Positions 19,160 to 28,272 of a DNA stretch of 35,823 nucleotides are shown here, in pieces. Below the pieces are notes generated by a model that had not been told where the DNA came from, made no database searches, and was given only the letters and a program-made list of their open reading frames with translations. Numbering within the stretch: position 1 is the first letter of the stretch; each line of letters begins with the position of its first letter. Origin of the DNA: Spirochaetaceae bacterium (GTDB lineage Bacteria; Spirochaetota; Spirochaetia; CADAEX01). The translations under genes were made by a program, and so were the position numbers. The stretch is taken from the NCBI GenBank assembly GCA_009783755.1, contig WRCW01000002.1, positions 1-35,823 of the forward strand, written 5' to 3'.

Positions 19160-20983
19160 TCAGGTTTCTTCGTTCAATTCTTCCAGAGGCTCAAGCTCTT
19201 CAACATCATCAGGAGGGTTTTGGGAATCTTCTGCCAGGCTTTCGGGAATTTCATCATCAACAGGTTCAAGCTCTCCATCCTCTTCAAAGAGTACAGTATC
19301 AGCTTCACCGGTATCTGATAATTTATTCATATATTCAATGAGCGCAGATCGAATACTGATAAAAATAGAGGGATAAATCATATCATAAAAATAGGTTCTA
19401 TAATAAATCGCAAGTTTCTTTTGTTGAAAATAAACAAGAATAGATTCAGCAATATCTGAAGGACTATTCTCTTTTATATAGAGTGAAACATCTGATTTTC
19501 CATATCCAGGCAGAGAATTAACTTTATCCTGATATTTTCCAAGTTTATCGAAAAGGTCGTAAAGAGAATAAGTAATATTAATAAATTTTTTAACAAGCTC
19601 TTCTTTTTGATCAAGTTTATTCAGAAAAAGTGTATATTTTGCAGGATACATCATCTTTAAAATATCGCCTTTACGCAGATTAACACCTTTTTGAATAAAT
19701 ACTGATTCTATGGCATTAATTACAAACTTGTTTCCTCTATAATATTCAAGAAGCTCCAAAATTTTATCGATCCCTTCCTCTCCTTTATAGAGCAGAAGCT
19801 TTACCTGATCAGAAAGGACTTCGGGTAAAGAAGGGCTTACCTGAACGCTATAGCTTTCAAAAATAGCATTCTTTTTATCTTTAAGAAGAACTTTTTTGTA
19901 CAGAAAAAGCTCATCGACTGAAATATCTTTAAAATATCCCATTGCCAGTTGGGCTTCCTGCTTGAATTGATTAAAATAGTTTTCAATTACACCTATTTCC
20001 ATCAGTATATCAAAAAATTTTTTTGAAATTCTCAAACCACCGATTGGCGCTGTGGACTCCATTCTTTTAGCTTCAATTACAGGAAGACCTATGATATCCC
20101 ACTGTTTTGCGCCTGCTGGACCAAAGTTACCAATCGTAACCTCTCCAACATTTGCTCCAATTCTTATTCTTAGTTGGAAAAGGGCATTTATAGCATTAAA
20201 AAAGTCACTATTTGACCTTAAATTCCCAATTATATTGTATGCTATCAGGATCGCATCTTTTGTTTCCTGATCCATATCAGAATCAAAAAAACTGTTATCT
20301 GCCTGGTTAAATAAAAAACATACTTTTTGAAGCTCAACACAGGTATAAAAGAGTTCTTTTGCAATATGCCTTACAGCACTTTTTTCTTCCATATACCGGG
20401 TTACAGGATCTGTAAGTCCGCCAAATTGGAACATAATGCTGTCGCCTTCGATTTTATTAAGATATCCTGATCTTTTTTTCAAAACCCAGTTGAAACAGGA
20501 ATAAAGACCATTTAAAACAGATTGGTTTTCCATGGGGCTTAGGAATTTTGAGACATAACTGTAGTCAGCAATATCAAGAAAAGCAACTCCTATCTTGGTT
20601 TCCATGGAATTTTCAGGTATTGCGCCCAATTCGATTATTGCATCTACAAGTTGTTTTGGCAGATAATAATCCTCTATTGATTTTCTGATTTTTAGCTCTC
20701 TTACAGTCTTTTCAAGAGCTTCTTCAAGATCTGCGCCTTTCGCATCTACTGAGGTTTCTGAAGTTTTTCCATCTGCATCACCGGACTTCTTGGTTTCACA
20801 TTTATTATTCTGAGCATCATTAATAATTTCCTTGATTTTGGATGTATAAACATCTATTTCATGTGCTGAAGCATTATTTTTAAGAAGTTCTCCAAGGTAT
20901 TGGGCAATATAACAAGGATCTGATTTATATTTTTCGAGTATATAGAGAGCATGAGAATACATGGATTTAGAATCGAAAACCAT
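19160..20983 (-). CDS. Class III adenylate/guanylate cyclase-domain protein with uncharacterised N-terminal (~120 aa) and C-terminal (~270 aa, acidic tail) regions
   Basis: GVAFLDIADYS (metal Asp), NKIEGDSIMFQFGG (Lys + second metal Asp), RIRIGANVGEVTIGNFG, WDIIGLPVIEAKRMES (Asp and Arg present; the usual Asn reads Ile). Confidence 0.75.
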   Translation of the reverse strand: MVFDSKSMYSHALYILEKYKSDPCYIAQYLGELLKNNASAHEIDVYTSKIKEIINDAQNNKCETKKSGDADGKTSETSVDAKGADLEEALEKTVRELKIRKSIEDYYLPKQLVDAIIELGAIPENSMETKIGVAFLDIADYSYVSKFLSPMENQSVLNGLYSCFNWVLKKRSGYLNKIEGDSIMFQFGGLTDPVTRYMEEKSAVRHIAKELFYTCVELQKVCFLFNQADNSFFDSDMDQETKDAILIAYNIIGNLRSNSDFFNAINALFQLRIRIGANVGEVTIGNFGPAGAKQWDIIGLPVIEAKRMESTAPIGGLRISKKFFDILMEIGVIENYFNQFKQEAQLAMGYFKDISVDELFLYKKVLLKDKKNAIFESYSVQVSPSLPEVLSDQVKLLLYKGEEGIDKILELLEYYRGNKFVINAIESVFIQKGVNLRKGDILKMMYPAKYTLFLNKLDQKEELVKKFINITYSLYDLFDKLGKYQDKVNSLPGYGKSDVSLYIKENSPSDIAESILVYFQQKKLAIYYRTYFYDMIYPSIFISIRSALIEYMNKLSDTGEADTVLFEEDGELEPVDDEIPESLAEDSQNPPDDVEELEPLEELNEET

Positions 20984-21304
20984 TACCTTATTTTCCTTTA
21001 TCTATATATCGGCACTCACTAGCTGTAAAATTTACTATCTATTTTCATTTTCCTTAAATATCTGCTGTTTTTCAACTATATTTTACAATATTTCTTTTAT
21101 TTATATAGGAGAAAACTGTATAAAACAATCCCAAATTGCTAATTTTAAGATAGCATATATATCAATTCTATATCATTCACTGCACTACCTTGTCATTTCC
21201 TTCATTTTCATACATATTGGGAATATATATATAAAACCATACAATAAGACGATTTCCATTGAAAAAGTTGTTATTTCAAGTCCTGCATGGGAGACTTATT
21301 AAAT

Positions 21305-22522
21305 ATGCTTGATAAGTATCTTTTGTATTTAAAATCAAATTTTCCCACCAAGAGCATAGTTCATGTTGTTATTGGAAATGAAGCTGCTGATATTGATTCA
21401 ATAGCCTCATCAATTGTTTATGCTTTTTTTAAGGAAAATATTAATCAAAAAAAAGAAGAGATATTTATACCTGTTATAAATATTTTAGAACAAGATTTAC
21501 GGCTTAGAAACGAGGCTATTTATCTTTTTTCACAAACAGGAGTAAACCAGGAAAATCTTATTTTTATTGATCAGATAAATCTTAAAGAATTGGCTGAAAA
21601 ACAAAAATTAAAAGTAATTCTTGTTGACCACAATAAAATCAGCCATAAACAGGAATTTCTTTCCAACTGCATTGAAGAAGTAATAGATCATCATGATGAT
21701 GAAAAAACCAATAATAACGTTATTAAAACAATTGAAAAAACAGGCTCAACAGCAACGCTTGTTGGAGAAAAAATAATAAAAGAAGAGCGCTTTTTACTGG
21801 ATAAAGCGAGCGCAACCATTCTTTCCGGCGCCATACTGCTCGATACTTCAAATCTTTCGTATAAATCAGGAAAAACAGCAGAAAAAGATATAAAAGTTTT
21901 AAACTATCTTATATCGGAATATAAAATCGATAGAGCTGAACTTTTTAAAAATCTTTCCACAGAAAAAAGGAATATATCTAATTTATCAAGTCAAGATATT
22001 TTGCATAAAGATTATAAAGAGTGGATTATGGGAAGAAAAAAAACAGGATTCTCTTCTGTTGGTATTTCACTTAAAGATTGGCTAAAAAAAGATCCTGGAC
22101 TGTATGAAGAAATCAATAAGTATTATATTGAAAATTCACTTGATATACTTTTTATAATGATCGCTTATACAGATACACAATTTAAGCGGGAACTTATTGT
22201 TTTTGGAAATGATGTTTCTCTTCTTGATAAGATCTATTTTTATTTGCAAAAGAGTGGCGGCAGACTGTTTCCGATCCCGCCCCACCTATTGGGGGATGCT
22301 TCGCAATTTTTCAACAAGATGGCAGAGGTTCCCAACCAGATGCACAGCCAGATGAAGTCTTCCAACAATCTTGCATTATTGGACATCGGAGATGAAATTG
22401 GAGGCATTGAACTTTCTTTGCCAAAGAGCAGGATCAGAGCTTATTATTTAGGAGAAACTCTCTGGTCAAGAAAAAGACTCCAGCCTGTTTTAAAAACTTT
22501 TTTTACAAGCCATAATAGCTAG
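21305..22522 (+). CDS. DHH/DHHA2 family phosphoesterase (PPX1/Prune-like exopolyphosphatase or nucleotide phosphodiesterase)
   Basis: GNEAADIDSIAS, LVDHN, VIDHHDD (DHH motif), GAILLDTSN, and a DHHA2 region with DYKEW. The track start is 21287; ATG at 21305 follows GGGAGA at suitable spacing and is preferred. Confidence 0.8.
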   Translation: MLDKYLLYLKSNFPTKSIVHVVIGNEAADIDSIASSIVYAFFKENINQKKEEIFIPVINILEQDLRLRNEAIYLFSQTGVNQENLIFIDQINLKELAEKQKLKVILVDHNKISHKQEFLSNCIEEVIDHHDDEKTNNNVIKTIEKTGSTATLVGEKIIKEERFLLDKASATILSGAILLDTSNLSYKSGKTAEKDIKVLNYLISEYKIDRAELFKNLSTEKRNISNLSSQDILHKDYKEWIMGRKKTGFSSVGISLKDWLKKDPGLYEEINKYYIENSLDILFIMIAYTDTQFKRELIVFGNDVSLLDKIYFYLQKSGGRLFPIPPHLLGDASQFFNKMAEVPNQMHSQMKSSNNLALLDIGDEIGGIELSLPKSRIRAYYLGETLWSRKRLQPVLKTFFTSHNS

Positions 22523-22584
22523 AATTTGTTCTGGTTATAGATTTTAATTAGCTACATAAAAATCAAATAGCAGTATTATATTAC

Positions 22585-22613
22585 TTACATTAATTATTTA
22601 TAAATGGTATAAT
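22585..22613 (+). promoter_or_regulatory. Candidate promoter: TTACAT, 17 nt spacer, extended -10 TGGTATAAT
   Basis: TTACAT 22585-22590 and TATAAT 22608-22613 preceded by TGG, upstream of the 22634 ORF. Confidence 0.45.
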
Positions 22614-22633
22614 TTGCAGAATTAAACTATTTT

Positions 22634-23185
22634 ATGGTTTTTAGAATCAAGCGACAAAAATTGGATCATACCATTGAGAGGGGCTTCTTGATCAAAAAAA
22701 GTTTTGCCATATTGATTATTTTACTATCTATTCCTGCAGCACTTTTTGCCTTTGGCAACAAGGAAAAAAACAACTCCCCTGAAATGAAAACATTATTAAA
22801 ATTTGAGAAACAATGGAAAAATAGTGGAATAAAAAACTATACACAAGAGATAATTTATTCAAGAGCAACTTTTTCACCTGAACACATTACAATAACAGTA
22901 AAAAATAATATTGTTCAAAACTGGACATCCAGCTTTGATAACAAAAATCTTTCAGAAGACTTTATAAAATCATTTACCATAGAAAGTATATTTAATAGAG
23001 CAAAGGAAACTCTTAACTCAAAAAACGATTCCCCTTTTGAATCTAAAATTTCATATAATCAGGAATTGGGATATATAAAAAGTTTTTCATTTATACCTGC
23101 AAATAGAGAAAACATTACAGCACCTTTGGATAGAGGCTACCGTATTGACGTTATTTCACTTAAAACTGCAGGGAAGGATCTATAG
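22634..23185 (+). CDS. Secreted or lipid-anchored hypothetical protein
   Basis: 183-aa ORF with a hydrophobic signal-like segment FAILIILLSIPAALFAFG. An alternative in-frame TTG at 22688, preceded by GAGAGGGG, would give a canonical N-terminal signal peptide (MIKKSFAIL...). The stop is immediately followed by the next ATG. Confidence 0.5.
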   Translation: MVFRIKRQKLDHTIERGFLIKKSFAILIILLSIPAALFAFGNKEKNNSPEMKTLLKFEKQWKNSGIKNYTQEIIYSRATFSPEHITITVKNNIVQNWTSSFDNKNLSEDFIKSFTIESIFNRAKETLNSKNDSPFESKISYNQELGYIKSFSFIPANRENITAPLDRGYRIDVISLKTAGKDL

Positions 23186-24856
23186 ATGACAATGATTTAT
23201 AAAAAAAGAGCTTTAATTGTTTTTTTTGCGCTGGTTTTTGTTTTTGCTGCAAACGCAATGCCGCCGCATCCAAAAAATACTAACCCTAAAGGAAGGGAAA
23301 GAACCGAAAACATTACCAGAATGGAAGAGCCTCTTTATAAATCCATGATGAGAAGTTCTCCGGCAAGAGCTCCGGCACTTCCGAGAGAAATGAACCTTCT
23401 TGTTATACTTGCAGATTTCGGCTCAGAGATTGACGAACAGCTTGAAGCTGGGGTGCCATTAAATTTTAAAAATAAAAACAACTACATTATTCCATCGCTG
23501 CTACTAATATTTTTAATAATCCAAATTTTATTTAAAAACAGAAAACGCTATATACTTTTAAATGCTTATTTATTATTGATATTAAGCTGTACTGAAAGCG
23601 CCAGTATAACCATAACAACACCAGGTGATCCTCTGCATTTTAAAACACCTGATATTGTTAATGTATTTAAAAATATTCTTGGCGCTAATGATGCAAAAAA
23701 CCCCATCTCTCTTACAATGAAAAAATATTGGGAAGATATGTCCAGAGGCAATCTTATTCTTAATTTTGATATTGTGGGACCTGTTAGAGTTTCTAAGGGG
23801 TGGCAATATTATGGCAGAAATAGGCAGGGATTTGACAGCTTTCCAGGACAATTTGTAGGCGAAGCAGTCAGGCTTGCATATTCCGAAGGATATGTTACTG
23901 ATTTTTCCAAATATGCTAACTTAAAACCAGGTATTGTAGATACTGTAATTATTGTTCATGCAGGCCAGGGCGAAGAAATTCCAGGTGTCAGCAAAGATGC
24001 AATATGGTCGCACAGTTGGACCCTAAACGCAGCAAGAAGTAACGGAGATGGAAACGGAGCTATTTCTCTTGGCGAAGCATTGATCAACCGTTATACAATT
24101 CAACCTGAATATAATTTTACTCCAGGAGATGCTGCAATAGGCGTCTTTTGCCATGAGTTTGCCCATGTGCTTGGGCTCCCGGACCTTTATGATACATCCT
24201 ACGAAACTCATGGTGTTGGCAGATGGAGTCTTATGAGCGCCGGAAGCTGGGGAAGCAGCGGGGGGCTGGGAGAAGATCCTGCGCCTCTGCTTGCATGGGA
24301 GCGCGATTATATAGGTGGAGATGATTGGGTCATAATAAAGCCTGTTACTACAACATCAATAACCATAGAGGATATCGAAGCGAACAGTAAGACAGCATAT
24401 AAAATTCCACTTAGTCCCGATGAATCGCAATACTTTTTACTTGAAAGAAAAACAAGCGCATCCGGAGAAGGAAAAAAATATGTACCAGCAGATGGTATTC
24501 TTATTACCCATATAAATAAAAAGATTATTGCAGAATATATAGGCCCCAACACAATAAACGAAGGTCGAAATCGTGTGCATGGTATAAATATTGTCGAAGC
24601 AGCTGGAACAGGTGCAGGTGGCAAAGGAGCGCTCTGGGAAGCCAATGACGAATATTCTCCTACTCCAAATCATACGAATATGGTTTTTTTAACCAACGAA
24701 CAGATAAATCTTCCAACAGCAGCAGGTGAGGATGATAATTTTCCAAATAGCAACTATTATATCAACTATTTACCCCCTGATAATGAGGTAACCAAAACAG
24801 GGTATTCAGGCAAAAAGATAACAGTAACATCGGAAAGTTCTGTTTCTATAGAGTAA
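23186..24856 (+). CDS. M6 family (immune inhibitor A-like) zinc metalloprotease with an unusual internal hydrophobic insert
   Basis: Signal peptide then MPPHP, LVILADF, the HEFAHVLGLPDLYD zinc motif and WSLMSAGSWG. Residues ~92-135 form an AT-rich double hydrophobic segment ending in LLILSC. Confidence 0.8.
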   Translation: MTMIYKKRALIVFFALVFVFAANAMPPHPKNTNPKGRERTENITRMEEPLYKSMMRSSPARAPALPREMNLLVILADFGSEIDEQLEAGVPLNFKNKNNYIIPSLLLIFLIIQILFKNRKRYILLNAYLLLILSCTESASITITTPGDPLHFKTPDIVNVFKNILGANDAKNPISLTMKKYWEDMSRGNLILNFDIVGPVRVSKGWQYYGRNRQGFDSFPGQFVGEAVRLAYSEGYVTDFSKYANLKPGIVDTVIIVHAGQGEEIPGVSKDAIWSHSWTLNAARSNGDGNGAISLGEALINRYTIQPEYNFTPGDAAIGVFCHEFAHVLGLPDLYDTSYETHGVGRWSLMSAGSWGSSGGLGEDPAPLLAWERDYIGGDDWVIIKPVTTTSITIEDIEANSKTAYKIPLSPDESQYFLLERKTSASGEGKKYVPADGILITHINKKIIAEYIGPNTINEGRNRVHGINIVEAAGTGAGGKGALWEANDEYSPTPNHTNMVFLTNEQINLPTAAGEDDNFPNSNYYINYLPPDNEVTKTGYSGKKITVTSESSVSIE

Positions 24857-26111
24857 AGACCTTAAATTTTCTTAAAGCTGCTATTATCAAAAATATCACA
24901 ACCAAAAAAGAAGCAGGAAGAGGATATTGTTCTCCTACAGCAATACAAACAAGATATGTTACGCACATTACGAGAGTAAGATTACTCAAAAGTAAATATT
25001 TTTTCTTTTTTAAGACTATTCCTGCAAAAAGTATGAGGTTTAAAGGGGTACACCACAAATAATTAAAATTAAAAACCGTCACAGTATGATATGAAAAAAA
25101 CCACAGATAAGTAATAAGAAGTCCCATTATGCCTGTAAAAAGAAATACAATACTTTCGCATAACGTAGACATCTTGCTTGATAATCTAAAAACAACAGAA
25201 TTATTGCTTGATCTGTTTTTCCAATGTTGCAAAACAACTGAAACAAGATAGATCATTAAAATAGATAAAAAAATAAAAAATGGATAATCAGATTTTTTAT
25301 TATAAGATCTCTCGGGAGAAGCGATCATTGATTCTTTAAGGACAAGAGGAACTGTTTCATTCCTGCTGTTTTTTATTACAGCAGCAGAAAAAGCCTCTTT
25401 CATGTAAATTGGCAGAAAAAAGAGTTCGTGCCCTACAGGAGTCCTGTCTGTAACTTTTCCAAAAACAAGCTGTATTCCAAAATTTGTAAAAGGTTTTTCA
25501 TCAAGATATGCCATTATCATTTTTCTAAAACTTTCTTCTGATCCTTTATATGCAGAATAATCAACAAGATCAGGAAAAGTTTTATCGATTGCATCTGCAA
25601 TTCTGGTAGAACAGTTATCCCATATAAAATCATACCGGTATACCCTGTTTTCAGGCTCTCCGTTTTTTTCAAGAAAATCAAATAATGCTTGTCGTTTTTC
25701 CAGATCAAAATCAAGAACCTGTTCATAAATTTTTCTTTTTTCAAAATCTGAATAAAACCGAAAAGCCCTTTGGAAAGAACCTATATCAAGATAATAATCT
25801 AGTTTGCCTTCTATAAATTTCAGAACAAAAAAACCATCAGTAAAATTAAATGTTCCATAATTATACATCTGGTCAAGTCCATTACCTGGATCATAAATAC
25901 GAAAAGCGCTGTGTCCAAAAAGAGAATAAATTTGACTACCAGGATAAACAGTTATCATGCTTATAACAGATGAGTTGGAAAGAGTAGTTTTAGGACTTGA
26001 ACTGTTATGAAGTCCTCTATCTTGCGCTTTTACAGTAAAAATTATTGTTATAGCAAAAATAAAAACAAAAATTATTTTATAAATATTTTTCTCTGATAAA
26101 AAATAATTCAA
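24846..26111 (-). CDS. DUF4105 / Lnb N-terminal-domain membrane protein (periplasmic domain + C-terminal multi-TM region)
   Basis: Signal/anchor, then YPGSQIYSLFGHSAFRIYD...YNYGTF (DUF4105-like block, from memory), then ~5 C-terminal TM helices. TTG start with AAAGGA upstream. The 3' end overlaps the M6 gene stop by 11 nt (convergent). Confidence 0.6.
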   Translation of the reverse strand: MNYFLSEKNIYKIIFVFIFAITIIFTVKAQDRGLHNSSSPKTTLSNSSVISMITVYPGSQIYSLFGHSAFRIYDPGNGLDQMYNYGTFNFTDGFFVLKFIEGKLDYYLDIGSFQRAFRFYSDFEKRKIYEQVLDFDLEKRQALFDFLEKNGEPENRVYRYDFIWDNCSTRIADAIDKTFPDLVDYSAYKGSEESFRKMIMAYLDEKPFTNFGIQLVFGKVTDRTPVGHELFFLPIYMKEAFSAAVIKNSRNETVPLVLKESMIASPERSYNKKSDYPFFIFLSILMIYLVSVVLQHWKNRSSNNSVVFRLSSKMSTLCESIVFLFTGIMGLLITYLWFFSYHTVTVFNFNYLWCTPLNLILFAGIVLKKKKYLLLSNLTLVMCVTYLVCIAVGEQYPLPASFLVVIFLIIAALRKFKVFTL

Positions 26112-26378
26112 AATATTTCCTTTTCAAAATAGGCATTTATCGGTCCGCAGATTATCGCGGAGTTATAAATTTATCACAAAAACCTGTATTATAAAAGCAA
26201 TTTAACAAGAATAAAAATTAATGATAGGATGTTATATCACAAAGGCGCAAAGCTATACTAAGGGCTTTAGCCACGAACCACAATTTTTTATGGCATCCAT
26301 AAGGTGTGGCAGAATTATTTGCTCATTAGCGTCTTTGCGAATATTTTTTCGTAATGATATATCTATAAGGAGTCAACT

Positions 26379-27677
26379 ATGGGAAAAACTATAGCTGAAA
26401 AAATATTTGAGTCTCATATAATTGACCAGCCAGGAGAAGAAACTTTTGTAATAAAGCTGGACGCTGTTTTCTGTCATGAAATTACTGCTCCTACAGCAAT
26501 CCTTGATCTTATGGAAAGGAAAATGGATAAAGTTTTTGATCCAGATAAAATCAAAGCAGTTATTGATCATGTTTCTCCTGCAAAAGATTCAGAAACAGCA
26601 CACCAGGGGCTAATCCTCAGGAATTGGGCTAAGGAGCAAAAAATAAAAGATTTTTTTGATATTGGGAGGAATGGAGTCTGCCACGCACTTTTTCCTGAAA
26701 AAGGTTTTGTGCGTCCTGGATTTACAATAATCATGGGAGATTCCCATACATGCACACATGGAGCTTTTGGGGCATTTGCAGCTGGAGTAGGGACAACAGA
26801 TCTTGCAGTTGGAATACACAAAGGGGTATGCAGGTTTCAGTACCCTAAAACAATAAAAATAGAAATCAAGGGAAGTTTGAAAAAAGGGGTTTATTCAAAA
26901 GATGTGATTCTTTCAATAATCAAGCTGATTGGTGTAAACGGAGCTACAGGTAAAGTAATGGAATTTACAGGAACTGTTGTTGATAATATGAGCATGGAAG
27001 AGAGAATGACATTATGCAATATGGCGATCGAAGCAGGCGGAACATCCGGCATCTGCTATCCGGACATAAAAACAGCAAAGTATTTATGGGAATTTATAAA
27101 AGATAAATACAATTCAGCAGAAGAAGCAGCAGCTGATTTTTCAAAACTTATATCTGATAACGATGCAATTTATGATAAAATTATTGTTCATGATATCTCG
27201 GATCTTGAACCGCTTTCAACATTTGGTTATAAGCCAGACCAGGTCAAACCAATAACAGAGATGGATAGGACAAAAATTGATCAGGTTTATATAGGCTCCT
27301 GTACAAATGGAAGAATAGAAGATCTTAGAATTGCAGCATCTGTTCTTGAAGGGAAAAAAATTGCAGATAGTGTGCGGGCTATAGTTTCTCCGGCAACTCC
27401 TGATATTTATAAGCAGGCTCTTAAAGAAGGAATAATTGATATTTTTATGGAGTCCGGATTTTGTGTAACAAATCCAACCTGCGGCGCTTGTCTTGGAATG
27501 AGCAATGGAGTTCTTGCAGAAGGAGAGGTGTGCGCTTCAACCACAAACAGAAATTTTAATGGAAGGATGGGAAAAGGGGGAATGGTCCACTTAATGAGCC
27601 CGGCATCAGCTGCGGCATCAGCTATAAAAGGATACATAACAAACTCCAAACTCTATGAACCAGGTGGAAAAAAATGA
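26379..27677 (+). CDS. leuC: 3-isopropylmalate dehydratase / homoaconitase large subunit (aconitase family, archaeal-type ~430 aa)
   Basis: DAVFCHEITAP, GDSHTCTHGAFGA, the IGSCTNGR and CGACLG Fe-S cysteine motifs, and TTNRNFNGRMG. AAGGAG Shine-Dalgarno. LeuC and HacA-type enzymes cannot be separated by eye. Confidence 0.8.
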   Translation: MGKTIAEKIFESHIIDQPGEETFVIKLDAVFCHEITAPTAILDLMERKMDKVFDPDKIKAVIDHVSPAKDSETAHQGLILRNWAKEQKIKDFFDIGRNGVCHALFPEKGFVRPGFTIIMGDSHTCTHGAFGAFAAGVGTTDLAVGIHKGVCRFQYPKTIKIEIKGSLKKGVYSKDVILSIIKLIGVNGATGKVMEFTGTVVDNMSMEERMTLCNMAIEAGGTSGICYPDIKTAKYLWEFIKDKYNSAEEAAADFSKLISDNDAIYDKIIVHDISDLEPLSTFGYKPDQVKPITEMDRTKIDQVYIGSCTNGRIEDLRIAASVLEGKKIADSVRAIVSPATPDIYKQALKEGIIDIFMESGFCVTNPTCGACLGMSNGVLAEGEVCASTTNRNFNGRMGKGGMVHLMSPASAAASAIKGYITNSKLYEPGGKK

Positions 27678-28195
27678 AAACTTTTAATGGAAAAGTATTG
27701 TTTTTAAACAGAAACGATATAAATACCGATGAACTTGTACCAGCAAAATATCTTACAGAAGTTGATAAAAAAGCATTAAAGCCCTACTTGCTGGAGGGAC
27801 TAAAACTCGATAAATTCTCGAAAGATAAAATTGTTGATAAAAAAGCAATAATTACAAGAACAAACTTTGGCTGCGGCTCATCAAGAGAGCATGCACCATG
27901 GGCATTGGAGGCGAATGGAATAAATATAGTTGTGGCAGAAAGTTTTGCAAGAATTTTCAGGCAAAATATGTTTAACTGCGGCATGCTTGCTATTGAATTA
28001 CAATCTGAAGCAATTGAAGAAATTTTTAGTATCTTCTCTAAAATAGAAACCGATATAATAACAAATATTGAAAAACAGATAATAACATTATCTGCCGATA
28101 ATAAAAGTAAAAACTATAGTTTTAAAATAACTTCTTTTGATAAGGAACTTGTTTTTGCCGGCGGATGGATAAATTATGCTGATTTAAAATACTAA
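27674..28195 (+). CDS. leuD: 3-isopropylmalate dehydratase / homoaconitase small subunit
   Basis: 173 aa. INTDELVPAKYL, GCGSSREHAPWAL, and a 4-nt start/stop overlap with the large subunit. Confidence 0.8.
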   Translation: MKTFNGKVLFLNRNDINTDELVPAKYLTEVDKKALKPYLLEGLKLDKFSKDKIVDKKAIITRTNFGCGSSREHAPWALEANGINIVVAESFARIFRQNMFNCGMLAIELQSEAIEEIFSIFSKIETDIITNIEKQIITLSADNKSKNYSFKITSFDKELVFAGGWINYADLKY

Positions 28196-28272
28196 TAATT
28201 TATTATTTTTATAATAAAATGTATTATTTTATTCATTTAAAGGTTATGTTTTAAGTATAGAGGTCAATTTTT

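Noticed and set aside
19160-20983. Cyclase as a Pycsar/CBASS-like anti-phage signalling system
   Set aside because: There is no adjacent effector (TIR, TM, nuclease or phospholipase). The downstream genes are fabD-fabG, and the region has no mobile-element or defence-island context.
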